This document shows positions 11,894 to 23,236 of a DNA stretch of 64,000 bases, piece after piece (the stretch's first letter is position 1; each line of letters starts with the position of its first letter). The position numbers and the translations under genes are program-made. The stretch spans positions 13,439,088 to 13,503,087 of the forward strand of contig CAVNZM010000004.1 in the NCBI GenBank assembly GCA_963693365.1, read 5' to 3'. The stretch comes from Amoebidium appalachense. Lineage: Eukaryota; Protista; Ichthyosporea. Under the pieces are notes generated by a model. It did not search any database. It saw only the letters and a list, made by a program, of their open reading frames with translations, and was not told the DNA's origin.

Positions 11894-12433
11894 TTTTGGC
11901 CCTTGTATTTTATGTTCTCCGTGCATTTCAGTGCCGTTCCCCCCCCCCCCCCCCCGGCTTTCCCTACACTACCTACTGGACTGGTTGTGTAGCCACATAG
12001 ACGCACACCACTGGCAGGCACGCGCACAGTAGACAGATCTAAGGCCCTCGCACGCGCTCAGACACACACACACACACACACGCACACACACACACCTGTC
12101 ATTTTCATGCGATACACCAGTGCACTGCCTTCCCGTTCTGTGGTGTGAACCTGCTTGCCACCACACTCGTGTGCATGCTTATGAACAATTATGAACACGT
12201 GACCATTCACATGTATCTGGCTGCTGACACTTTGTGCACGTGCAGGGCAACAGAACTACGCCGAGGCGTCGGAGTACATCCGGTCCAAGTTCGAGGCGCT
12301 CAACCGCAGCAGCGAGAAGCAGGTCTACACACAGTTCACATGCGCCACCGACACAGACAATGTCAAGTTCGTCTTCAACGCCGTAACAGACATCATCATC
12401 CAGAACAACCTGCGCGACTGCGGTCTGCTGTGA
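4690..12433 (+). CDS. Heterotrimeric G-protein alpha subunit, Gi/o class (7 coding exons)
   Basis: Exons 4690-4807, 5334-5515, 5652-5809, 6146-6274, 6606-6735, 11188-11341 and 12246-12433, all GT-AG and phase-compatible. Spliced product has an MGC N-terminus, [10 protein letters not shown]-loop, [28 protein letters not shown] and C-terminal DCGLL (Cys at -4, typical of Gi/o). Confidence 0.96.
7364..7414 (+). mobile_element. Short 3' fragment of repeat family A between poly-C tracts
   Basis: tttgcatgtgtgcttcgtgtatgcgtacttcgtaccgtgttccgcattcaa matches the 3' end of the 453-bp unit with small deletions; C-runs on both sides. Confidence 0.75.
8189..8351 (+). mobile_element. Diverged 3' partial copy of repeat family A
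   Basis: Begins tgggccctccctgaggatgggctctgcttat, follows the family A 3' half with substitutions, and ends tttttgacgcattca (family B-like end) before a C-run. Confidence 0.75.
8366..10600 (+). repeat. Head-to-tail tandem array of a 453-bp non-coding unit (family A) in G-alpha intron 5
   Basis: 5'-shortened unit 8366-8766, then units starting at 8767, 9220, 9673 and 10125. They look identical by eye except for C-run length, and the ORF track repeats with a 453-bp period. Each ends gcattcaaaa+Cn. Confidence 0.97.
8486..8644 (+). ncRNA. Conserved structured RNA core (first copy; repeated in every array unit and in family B copies)
   Basis: Closing helix ATAAGCA/TGCTTAT, hairpin GCTCGTCT/AGACGGGT, long hairpin CCCAAGT..GTCTGAGTT/AACTCAGAC..ACTTGGG and pseudoknot GACCC/GGGTC. 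Pairings are maintained by compensatory changes in family B (53081-53232). Expression not shown. Confidence 0.6.
11599..11648. repeat. 25-bp perfect tandem duplication in G-alpha intron 6
   Basis: aaggccaacagacacggtgcttgtg x2. Confidence 0.9.
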
Positions 12434-12960
12434 GCATGGGCCCAGCCTCTTAACTTAGCGGTTTTCTTTACGAACCTTTTCTGAAAGCAAAATGCACAGC
12501 CGGCCGTACTTTTCTCTTTTTGATTGTATGCTTTCCTGATATTTTGTTGAGTGACATTAGCAAGTAGCTGTTTTTCTCTCTTCTACATACGGGTTGGGGT
12601 TAAAACTTGGTGTGGCACATGTCTATAACGCAACTACAGGCTTCAAGTTAGTGTTAGCTGCACATGTGTTTAAACGTGCGCATGGGTCTTTTAGCCGTAG
12701 GGGTGTGGTGGGGTGTGTGGGGGTGGTGGGGTGTCGTAGGGGCTTCATCGGTCAATACCTGGCTTCATCGTGGCCTGCACATGGCCTGGGGCCAAAATAA
12801 GAATAGTTCATAAGCACCCTCTAGGTAATCGTCTACATCAAACCTCCCCCCCCCCCCCCCCCCCCCCCGCGGGAGGCCCCGAAAAAGAGGGCAAACTCTT
12901 GGAACAGTTTTACTTGCGTATGCACACACGCACACAGTTACTGTAGCTATGCACGTACAC

Positions 12961-14881
12961 ATCCAGACTCTGCCCAGCTCCCACGGCTAACCTATAAGTA
13001 ACCGCCTGCTATTAATCTCTAGATCACAATTTTGGATAGCTTTAGCCGGGCTCATGCGTACACGCGAGCCTCTTCAAAATTCCTTCCGGCCAGTCACCTT
13101 AACTAACATATTTCGTCGCCTATTCGAGTCCTGCATATTGCGTGCCTTACACAAGCATGAGACCTTATCGAGTGTCTTCCGGTTGAGCAACATTCAGGGC
13201 GGATTTCGGCGAGCTTATTCGTGCTATACTCATGCTCTTCTATTACACGACACTATTCGTTCTGGATGTCGCGAGGTATGCTTTATCGACCTTAAGAATG
13301 CCTATGACACGGTTCCAACGAATTTGCTGTGGCACAAGTTGGCCTCTCGAGGGCTACCTCTTCCCTTTGGTCGGCTACTTCAGGCGTTATCTGACTGCAC
13401 CCATGGGGCTGCCGTTGTGAATGGGGTACTGAGTAACGGATTCAATCGTACTCGAGGCCTTTTACAGGGCTCACTTTTGAGTCCCCTTCTCTTTGATGTC
13501 TTTATTGACGACTTAGCGGTAGAAATTCAACAATTTCCAGTTGCCGGCGACTCTTGTGTCTCCGGCCTTTTTTTCGCTGATGATAATGTCTTAGTCACTC
13601 ACGATCCTTCTATCATGAATAACATGCTTTCTCGAGTAGATGACTGGTGTTCCCGAAATTTCATGAAAATTGGGATAGATAAATGCGGCACCTTTTCTTC
13701 CAATGCACAGTACTCTCTGAACAATCAACCTATCCCAATCGTGTCTTCCTATGACTATTTAGGTATTCCTTTCACGTCTAAGGGTATCTGGTTTGAACGC
13801 CTTTTGACTTCGCGCATTTCTCGTGCGCGTGGTCGCTTACATATCTATCAAGGAATATTCGCAAATATCTCTAATATTCATCCTGCCAATTTGCTCACTC
13901 TTTATAAAGTTTTTCTTCGTCCATGTTTCGAATATGGCCTCCCGTTACTCTTGTGTGCCCCTCCACGGTAACAGCGCGCGGCTCTTCGGGAATTCGATTC
14001 CTTTCAGCGTGATTTCATCCAGTTTATTTCTCGAACCTCGCGTAGGCATCCTTTGGCGGCTCCCTTGCTGAGTGTTTTCGGTCTCCCTCCGGCACGCCAG
14101 CGTATGAATGAATTAGGACTTCGCTTTTGTTTTTATTTGGTTAGGCTTCCTTCTTATCATCCTTTGTTGCAATTCTTTCTTTCTTTAGCACCTGTTCCCG
14201 GCATTTCTAATGTTCGTGCGAAATGTCCTATCCCCAATCTCTCTCCCATTCCGAGATATCCTTTTAAATATTTATCTCCTTTATTTTTCTCTTCTACTAG
14301 TTATCAGCAGTATGTTACTTGGTCTCATACTCAATATCCTTTGCTTCATCGTTGTGATAAAGAGTATCATGGTAGGGCTCTTGAGCCTGTGCTTCTTTTT
14401 ATACTAGAGACTCGTCTATTTTCTTTACAATCGTTGTGTAAATTAGCTACTTATGTTTCTCCTTCCTCTCGTAAACCTACCACACTTACCGAATTTGCAA
14501 TTCTAACCCCTCCTTGTGACATAGCTTGGAAATGTTTATTTTGGCGCTGTAACCTTTGTTTCCATAAATGTTTGTGCCACTTTTGTGCAGAACCTTTTTC
14601 TCGTAAACACTTAGATAGATGTATTTTTTTATCTCAGATTATTCCGTTAGAAATTAGAAGACTGGCTTATTTAGATAATCCTGATATTACGTCTATTGAC
14701 TATCTGTTGAACCACAGTATGTTTAATGAGTTTTCTAAGGTGTATGATTATTTAAGTCGTTATCTCCTCCGTATCCGAGAGTGAGGGCTTTTGTATTTTC
14801 TTCTCCGAGATATCGGTGATATCTCGATGGCTTCTATTTTGCTGAGCATATCAATAAAGTCATCATAAAAAATTAAAAAAA
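12961..14881 (+). mobile_element. 5'-truncated non-LTR (LINE-type) retrotransposon
   Basis: Contains the RT reading frame below. The 3' UTR has a perfect hairpin CGAGATATC-GGT-GATATCTCG (14806-14826), AATAAA (14853-14858) and an A-rich tract (14867-14881). 5' boundary approximate; no TSD found. Confidence 0.8.
13054..14784 (+). pseudogene. Reverse transcriptase + CCHC knuckle ORF with one premature stop
   Basis: RT motifs FRPVTL, QGGFR, FIDLKNAYDTV, GLLQGSLLSPLLFDVFIDDL, FFADD, YDYLG and YKVFLRPCFEYG. ORFs 13054-13971 and 14053-14784 share a frame, separated by one TAA (13969-13971). C-terminal C-x2-C-x7-H-x3-C (CHFCAEPFSRKHLDRC). Confidence 0.93.
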
Positions 14882-14974
14882 TTCAAAGTGGTAGGGAGGG
14901 CCATCTGAATAGCTAGCTACAGGTAGAGCTCTCGAGCTGAGCTGAGAAACCCCCTTCCCCCTCCCTTCCCCCCC

Positions 14975-15031
<57 letters not shown>

Positions 15032-16047
15032 ACCAAAAAAAAAAAACAAAAACAAAAAAAAAGCACACACACACATGTGCACGCCCGGTGGCACACACAC
15101 ACAAACACACACACACGTTGTCACACACAAACACACGTACATGCACGTCACAGGTGTGTCGCTCAAAATTTAAACGGACCACCACCACCAACTTTGAAGG
15201 CTTTAAAAAATTATTCATCCAATCTCACGATGATCTCTGTGTACAGTATTTATTAATATTAACACTTCACTGCCGTCCAAACCATGCAATGCCATTCAAA
15301 CGGTACTACCGTGCAACAGCGTAGTACTCCAAACATGGTAAACTTTCCTACGCATGCCATGCAGTGGCCGGCCACGTCACACCATGCCACAGTGTGTGTT
15401 CACGAAAGTATTCCTCACTATCGATATCATATTTCGCGATCGCCGCACCCTATATAGCGCATGCCCAAAAATCAGGGATATCACATATGCATGGCAAACA
15501 TTTACCGTGATACCATCAGCCGCGTCTGCAGCTGTCAGACATAGAAAAAACACACACCGGCAGGGTCACACACGTACTACAGACAACACACACTCTCTCT
15601 GACACACATTACACGTACACACATACACACAGTCACACAGTGCCACACATACACACACACCGTGACACTCTTTTATCTCTCTCTCTCTTTATCTCTCTCT
15701 CTTAAAGTTTATCTCTTTCTCTCTGCCAGGACATTCTCTCTGTCGATCTGTGTGGCACACTTATTAGTATAAATGTTATGATGACTCGCAGTAATAAAGC
15801 CCCCCCCCCCCCCCCCCCCCCCCCCCTGGGAACCCCGCCCCTTCTCCCCCCCCCCCCCTCCCCCCGGCCCCTGCCCTCCCACCACCACCACCACCACAAA
15901 CGCCAACTCATATGCAAACACAGCCTGCATACAAACACACACACACACACACACACAAAAATACACACACCCTACACACACACGGCCACAGCGACGACGT
16001 GAGCATGCCAAATTCAAATGGTGAGCCTTTATGGTTGATGCAAGTGC

Positions 16048-16094
<47 letters not shown>

Positions 16095-16559
16095 CCCCCC
16101 TCCCCCAACCCCACCACCACCACAAAACACACACAAACACACACACACAAACACACACTTGAAAAAAAAAAAAAAAAAAAAAAAAAAAACATGACCAACC
16201 CGGTACATGCATGTGGCACCACACGGTGACGGTCACCATGTACTACAATTGCCCTCCTTTTCCTCAACCCCTACGTATGTAGTAGCCAACCTGAACCTCA
16301 AAAACACTGTATCTTCACACAGTTTTTACTTCTCTCAGTATGCAGTATTCTCTGAAACCCATAACCGGTTGGTCCAAACTTTGAATTTGCCTCAAGGATC
16401 CCCCCCCCCCCCCCCCCCCCCCCCCCCCATCCTTTGTGATCACACTAATTAGTAATTCAATGCCACCACCACCATTGCGACGAGCACGTACCACCACCCT
16501 ACTATAACAGGGGTGCCCTTCACAACTTTTCGATTGAAGTGGTGTAGAAGAAAACCAAA

Positions 16560-17660
16560 CCCACGGTAGTGTACTTCTACGAAAAAGTTAACCGTGTTGG
16601 AACCCCCCCCCCCCCCCCCCTCCCCCCGTCATCCCTGTATTCGGGGGCCTCTTCTAGGCCCCCTTCCTCCCTATGTTGCGGTGCGCAAAAGTGTACTTCT
16701 TAGATGAATGTTTAACCGTGTTAGAATCCCCCCGTCGCCCCGTCGCCCCATGGTGCGCAAGTTAGTGTACTTCTGAGAGGAATGTTTAACCGTGTTTAAA
16801 CCCCTCGCCCCCTTCATGGTGCTTTTTTTTTTACGAGGAACACTTGACCCTGTTGGACCCCCCCCCCCCCCTTCTGGGCCATCTTCCCCCCTTCCCCCCT
16901 TCTAGGGTAGTGGTACTGCAGTCTGCTAAAAAAAAAAAAAAAAAAAGAAGTGGTTGTCTGTATTTTGCGAGGGAAGAGGCTCAGGGGAACTATGGCGGAG
17001 TCTGATTGAGGTTTGTCCGTGTTGCTCCCCCTCTCCCCCCCCCCCCCCCCCCCCCACCCCCCCCCACCCCCGGCAATAGTCTTCTTGTACTAATTAGGAA
17101 TGTTTTTGCCTGAGCCCCCCCCCCCCCCCCCCCCCCCCCCCACCTCCACCATGGTACACTAGTAGTCTACTGCTACCCTGCCACTAGGAATGTGCATCCG
17201 TGTTGTCCCCTCCTTTCCCTCTCCCCCCCCTCCCCTCCCTTATGGTATTGTAGTCCACTTCTACTAGACATGTTAATCCGTGCTCTTCCTTTCCCCTCCC
17301 TTTCCCAGACAATAGTCTACTGCTTGTATCAGCAACGTTTTCATCTGAGTCACCTCCCCTTCGCTCCCGGAAGGCCTCTCCTCCATCTCACCTCTACTCT
17401 TCTGCCCCCCCCCCCCCCCCCCCCCCCCCCAAAATAGAATAGTCCACCCATATTCCCCCCCCCCCCCCCCTCCCCCCCCCCCCCCCCCCAAAACATGGTT
17501 GCGTAGTCACCCTTGTTGACCCCCCCTCCCCAAATGGCAGGGTAACAAGTTCACCTGTCTTACCCCCCCTTCCCGTCAAGGGCAGTGTAGACGTCTATGG
17601 CAACCCGTGTTGTCCCCCCCCTCCCCTAACACACACACACACACAGTAGTCTACTTCTTC
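16560..17660. repeat. Degenerate array of a ~40-bp motif separated by C-rich spacers
   Basis: Recurring tagtgtacttct...atgtttaaccgtgtt / tagtctactNct...ccgtgttgtcccc at ~16567, 16690, 16762, 16820, 17075, 17160, 17250, 17310, 17586 and 17646. Confidence 0.6.
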
Positions 17661-18450
17661 CACAGAAAGGCTTATGTCGGTGCTACCCCGGGCCCTCCCC
17701 CCCGCACCCCCACCACTACCAGGCCTCTTTGCTCCACACTTCTGACCACCCTGTCGCTGCCACAGCCACCGCTCCATGGACCCATCCAAACACACCGCCA
17801 CACAGCCACAGAGGACCTCCATGAGAGCACTAACACCGGCTTTGTTGTCAAGGCCGTGCAAAAGCGTGATTTAATAGATCTATATAATCTGACCTCTCCG
17901 ATAGTTCCAGAGTTCGGACCGAGTCAGCAGTAAGTGTGCATGAGCAATAAGTAGGCATATGTATACCAACATGTGTACACGTCTCCCTCTGTGTGTGTGT
18001 GTGACGATAGGTGGGCACCAAGGTGTATCGGCTGAGCCACTTCCGTAGTACGGACAGTTGACGTGCAAGTATGTGTGGGGAGAGAGAGAGAGAGGCTTAG
18101 ATGGTGTGTGTTGGGAGAAAGGTCGGGCTGGGGGCCATAGCTAGCAAAAAGCAATAAGGCAGGTGGATCTTAGACCCATCTTTACGGCAAGGTGGTCATC
18201 GCAGAAGTTGCTGGTGTACTTTGGGCACAGGAATAGCTTTCACGCTGGTGAACATTTATTTCACAAGTTAGTCAGTCAGTCACTACATACCGTTCAGTCA
18301 TATTTACCCTCACACAGTTAAACGTTATACTAGAGTCATACAACACGCCATTCACGCAATAAAAATTGTGGCTGTCGGTTCGCCAGCGAAACAAACGGTG
18401 CCTCTCGTAGCTACACATTCACAGCCGCGGGCACCAGGCCCGGTATTCGT

Positions 18451-19356
18451 TCAAACATGGACGGCCCGCTCGATCAGGTCGGTGCAGCTCACCACCCCGA
18501 CGGGCTTCTTAGCAGAGTCAACGACCCACACACGGTGGACGCCGGCGTGTGACAGCAGCAGCACAACCTCGCCAATGAAGGCGTCGCAGTGCACAGACAC
18601 CGGGGCACCGGCACCGCGGGACTCGTCGTTGTTCAGGAATTCGATAACATTCATCTTCAGGTGGGTCAGATCGGAAGCGTCGGTGTATTTGAGGTCGGTC
18701 ACGGAAAGGGTGGCAACAATGTGGCCCTCAGCGTCGACCACGGGGGCGGCCGTGTGGTGGCCGGCATACAGCTGGCGGTAGGCGGCAGCCACGGTCGAGG
18801 TCTGGTCGATGCACTGCAGCTTGTGGGTGCGGGGATACAGGCCCAGCTGGGTCAGGTTCTTGCCGTTGATGTTGTCAAAGGCTGTGGGGTGGTTGTCCAG
18901 GTACTTGACCACGTCGCTCTGGCTCAGCAGATAGTGCTTGCCCTCCTCGCCCACCAGCACGTGGTGCAGGCCAGCCCCAAAGGCCTCCAGCACCTCGGCC
19001 AGCTTGGAAGCCGCAGTGAACTCCACAAGCTTGTTGCGGGGCTCAGCCGGGTTGATGGCCTGGGCCACCTTGTCGTTGAGGCGGGGCAGACTGGCCTGGT
19101 CGAGGCTGTCCTTGGTCTCGTCGGCAACATCGAGCACGGCATACTTGATCAGGTCGAGAACATCAACGAAAGCAACGGCCTTGTCGCTTGCGTCCACAAC
19201 GGGGGCACGCACGACCTTGCCGTTGGAGAGGACCTCAAAGGCGTGGGCCACCGTGTCGTCGGCACTCACGCTGCGGACATGGATCCTCTTGGGAACATCC
19301 GGAGACGAAACCACGTCAGCAATGGTTGCGTTCACCGGGGCCACAGTCACCGTCAT
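18451..19356 (-). CDS. CBS-domain protein (tandem CBS repeats; SDS23/AMPK-gamma-like), single exon, 301 aa
   Basis: Uninterrupted GC3-rich ORF from ATG 19356 (MTVTVAPVNAT...). CBS-type segments DTVAHAFEVLSNGKVVRAPVVD..AFVDVLDLI, STVAAAYRQL..AAPVVDAEGHIVATLSVTDL and GVHRVWVVDSAKKPVGVVSCTDLI. Confidence 0.9.
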   Translation of the reverse strand: MTVTVAPVNATIADVVSSPDVPKRIHVRSVSADDTVAHAFEVLSNGKVVRAPVVDASDKAVAFVDVLDLIKYAVLDVADETKDSLDQASLPRLNDKVAQAINPAEPRNKLVEFTAASKLAEVLEAFGAGLHHVLVGEEGKHYLLSQSDVVKYLDNHPTAFDNINGKNLTQLGLYPRTHKLQCIDQTSTVAAAYRQLYAGHHTAAPVVDAEGHIVATLSVTDLKYTDASDLTHLKMNVIEFLNNDESRGAGAPVSVHCDAFIGEVVLLLSHAGVHRVWVVDSAKKPVGVVSCTDLIERAVHV

Positions 19357-19864
19357 CTTGCCGTTTGAAAGAGAAATAACACAAAAGTGTGGTTTGCTGG
19401 TACGAAAGTACTGAGGTGTGAGGGCGAAAAAATTTGCTTCTATATGGGCGGCCTGGCGGCTGGGTGCTGCTGGAAGCAATAAGAAAGATCTTCCATGAAG
19501 TTCGGCGCCAAAAAAAATGATAGAGAGCCAATCATACCCTGGTTGTTCCTTGGTTAAACGTGATTAATAGCCTATCAGCGGGCTACACGATGGACTGTTT
19601 ATGGTTATGGGAATTTTGCCCTTGCTCGACCCCCTGGACGGGGCGGTGGCTTTTGACCAGAGCCATGGTAGCACGGCTACCGTAGGTAGTCCAAAGATAT
19701 TCAATTTAGTTTAGTTGGGTTTCAAAAGGCCTTAGGTATACATTTGTAATATTTCTGTACAGATACGGAGAAGACCACATTTATCACATTTGTGAGCGTG
19801 GAAAACTCCCTGCATTCCAGTTTTTTATGCTGATCTCAGCAATTGGCGGCCCCTTTCTCCGCAG

Positions 19865-20703
19865 CAGTGCATTAGACACCCCCTTCCGGTCCGGTCCAGT
19901 TTGGTCCGACCCTCTTGACCCGTGGTTTGGTCCGGTTCGGTCTGAACGGTACGGATTGCGCAATCACGTGGCCATGGCAGTCATGATGTCAGGCATATGA
20001 TGCGGCAAAACACGTGAACATGTCGAAAATGGCTAAAATTAGTAAATTGCCTTGGAAGGCAACATGAAATTGTGTGTGTATGTTGTGTATGTGTGCGTTA
20101 ACGCTGTGTGTGTGTATGTACTGATGTGTGTTGGCGCAGGATACAACGGACGGTCAAACACAGGCGTATATTTGTATATGTGTTATAAATGCAATCAATT
20201 GTCATTTGCTTATCTAAATCTTTTGATAAAATGGGTGATATATTCTTTGGTTATGTCCATTGTCTATGAGTGTTTGTGCAAATCATACGTGATAGCATGG
20301 GGCAGGTATCATAACATATGGTCACGCCGACGAAAATTGCTTTGCACTTGCGCCCTATATCGTGTCAACCTCTAGTTTTACCACACAAGATCATCGACAG
20401 ACGGCCAAAGCCACTTCAGATATGAAAGAAATACACAAACATGTATGTATATATATCCGAAGGCTGGGTCGGGACCACGGCCATCTAGAAACAGGTGTTT
20501 CTAGATGGGGGTTTACGCTGTTTACTCGAGGCAAAGAGAACCAGTCTCAGGTATGGGGGGGGGGGGTTTTGCTCGGAATATCCCCTCAGCGGTATATCAT
20601 GATCACGTACATAGATGTCGGGTGGTGACTATATATCAGGGTTTACTTTCTCTACGAGACACCATAAAGACTACAAGGAGAAATCAATTAGTTGGGGTTC
20701 CCC

Positions 20704-20757
<54 letters not shown>

Positions 20758-20789
20758 GGGCTCCCCTCGGGACACTCGGTATCAGCTGG

Positions 20790-20856
<67 letters not shown>

Positions 20857-22162
20857 TGCGCTATAATTTTGTAGTGATGTGTTTCTCAAGCCAATCAATA
20901 CATCTAATAAACAGGTCGTAGTTACGCGTGTTTAGTATAAAATCAAGGATGTTGTAATTTACAGGTAGGCTATCTTTCTGGGTGTCTGTTGTGAATGTGA
21001 CGTGTGTGTGTTGCGGTATTATGTGGTCTATCAAACTACATTTGGCGATACATGACCGGTTAAACTGGTGTGTGTGTGTGTTGTTTGGGCATGCAAATGA
21101 TGCCACCTTATACTTATTAGATCTCCACTGTATAGCACGTGTACAGTAAAAGCGTGGTAATTGATCAATAATACCATCAGCTAGAGAAAGACCAGTTCTA
21201 CAGGAAGGTAATATGTATTTAGGTGTTATACACTTGCGAGTGCCATATTTGGCAATATGGTTGAGGCGGTCAGTATATATAAAACGAGACATAAGGCTTA
21301 GTTTTTCAAGGTGTATGCTTTCATCGGGTCTAGTGTCGTGTGGTATCTTTTTCCATTTGTTATATTGCGTGATTATCTTGTGATTGTGTACATGTTTAAT
21401 AAGTAAGTGGCAGTCCAAAGTCACACACACACTATTGCGGGGTTTATTTGTATTTGTGCCCAGGGGAGAAGGGGAGAGAGAGGGGAGGAAAGAGGGGAGA
21501 GGTGAGGAGGGGACAGGTCGGATAGAGAAGAGAGGGTGGGAGGGCAAATACTTCTTTAAGCGGCTTATGTGCTTATTGAATTTCAGCGCGAGATAGGATA
21601 CTCTAGCAGCTATTGGGACCAGACCATATATCGAGAGCGTTACAGGCCCAGGTTTACAACAGTTGTTAGATAGAAAGGAGGCAACTTCTGCTTCAAGGAA
21701 ATTTGCCAAGGGTTTAAGCGCTCTAGTTCTCTCTTTCTTGATCCAAGCGGCGAGAAGGGGTAAACCATATTCACATGCCGGGAAGACAAAAGTGCGAATA
21801 AATGTAAGTCTAATAGAAGGATGGAGGGGTGTGTCTTTAAAAATATTAGCCGAGAAGAAAGCTAACCGCTTACGAGCCAACTCTACCCTCTTTTCGACCA
21901 TATGGGGAAACATAACACCAACAGAATCAACCGGAACACCAAGATATTTGTATTCTGGAACTATAGGTACAGGTTTAGATGATAATGTAAATGTGTGTAA
22001 ATTGTTAGCTATATCAGGTACAAGAACACCACATTTGTCTATGTTAAGGATCATAAGGTTTGCCTTGCACCACGCCGTGGTCGGGACCGGTCCGACAGGG
22101 GCCGTGACGGTTAGACTCGGGGACCGCGGTCCGACGATCCGGATCGGACCGCTAATGCATTG
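19865..22162. mobile_element. Non-autonomous hAT-like DNA transposon carrying a nested LINE fragment
   Basis: 8-bp TSD CTCCGCAG at 19857-19864 and 22163-22170. Imperfect 11-bp TIRs CAGTGCATTAG (19865-19875) and CTAATGCATTG (22152-22162). Clustered GGTCC/GGACC subterminal motifs at both ends. No transposase. Confidence 0.88.
20705..22077 (-). mobile_element. Heavily 5'-truncated non-LTR retrotransposon (RT C-terminal part) with poly(A) tail
   Basis: AWCKANLMILNIDKCG, EYKYLGVP, FIRTFVFPACEYGLP, WRSN and NILDFILN are colinear with the 13054-14784 protein. Stop at 20861, then (CA)n, a short 3' UTR and poly(A) (poly-T 20705-20753 on +). Confidence 0.9.
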
Positions 22163-22889
22163 CTCCGCAGATCTAAGGAATTTACTTGCTCCGAGGTGAT
22201 TGGCTACAATAGCCTCCGGATCATGACCACGTGCTGCCATTATTCTGCAGGCTTCTGATTGGCGTAGCCATCACCACCGAAACAACAGGATCAACAACAA
22301 ACAGCAGCGATGGACTGTGACAACAAAAAAATAGCCCTTTATTGGAACTTATAACTCTCTCACTAAAACTAATATTAACAGTAGAAAATACACCTGCAAT
22401 AACTAAACTAAACAGGCTGTAAAACCCAAAGGAACATCTACAGCCAAGCTCACAATAACTTGGCGCACTGGCCCACAACTGGGCCATGGCCAAGCTGGGA
22501 ACACGGGAAGGGCCTGGAACGGCTGGAAGGCGGTAGGCGGCTCATCCATCCTGTGTGCTTTTATGAGCCGGTTTGTCGCATGTTGGGTCAGACAGAACGG
22601 ACAGAACGTGCGACGCGTGCTCGTGGAAGGCTTATTAGTGAGCTTCAATCCCAATTTTTTCTTGTTTTTGAAAAAAAAGAGCTTCGCTCACCGTAGCAGT
22701 AGTACTAGCTGTTGTGGCACACTCTGTGACCGTGCATCCGGAAATCAATGGGGATGGCCAGAGGCCACGAGCCCTGACCTGCCATTCGAGTAGAACTCCC
22801 TTCTCAACGTGGCACCCTGCAGTGCCTCTCGCGCGTTGCTCTCCGAGCAGCTGAGTTGCTGGCATGCGCAGTATCATTGTAACGCGTGT

Positions 22890-23076
22890 ACACTGTGACA
22901 CACACGCACCGTGGCACACATACACATACGCGCACACAGACACGTGCACACACACTTACACACACACACACACACACGCCATGATCATGACACACTGTAC
23001 AACACACGCACACGCAAATACACACACACTCACGTGTACGTGTGCACGTATAATAACTGTAACGTACATGTAATAA

Positions 23077-23113
<37 letters not shown>

Positions 23114-23184
23114 CACACACATGCACAGTCACCTTGACACACACCCACACCCACGTGCACACATTGATCTTTCGCCACACACAT

Positions 23185-23236
<52 letters not shown>

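Noticed and set aside
13969-13971. Stop-codon reassignment (TAA read as Gln)
   Set aside because: Host genes here end in TAA (NUBP2, PNISR), TAG (NOP9) and TGA, so the standard code applies; this is a simple nonsense mutation.
18589-19368. 259-aa plus-strand ORF
   Set aside because: Antisense shadow of the GC3-rich CBS gene.
22403-22654. C2H2-like FCPFC...H ORF as the 5' part of the LINE
   Set aside because: It lies outside the hAT TSD, so it is not contiguous with the nested LINE. The motif is incomplete and unsupported.
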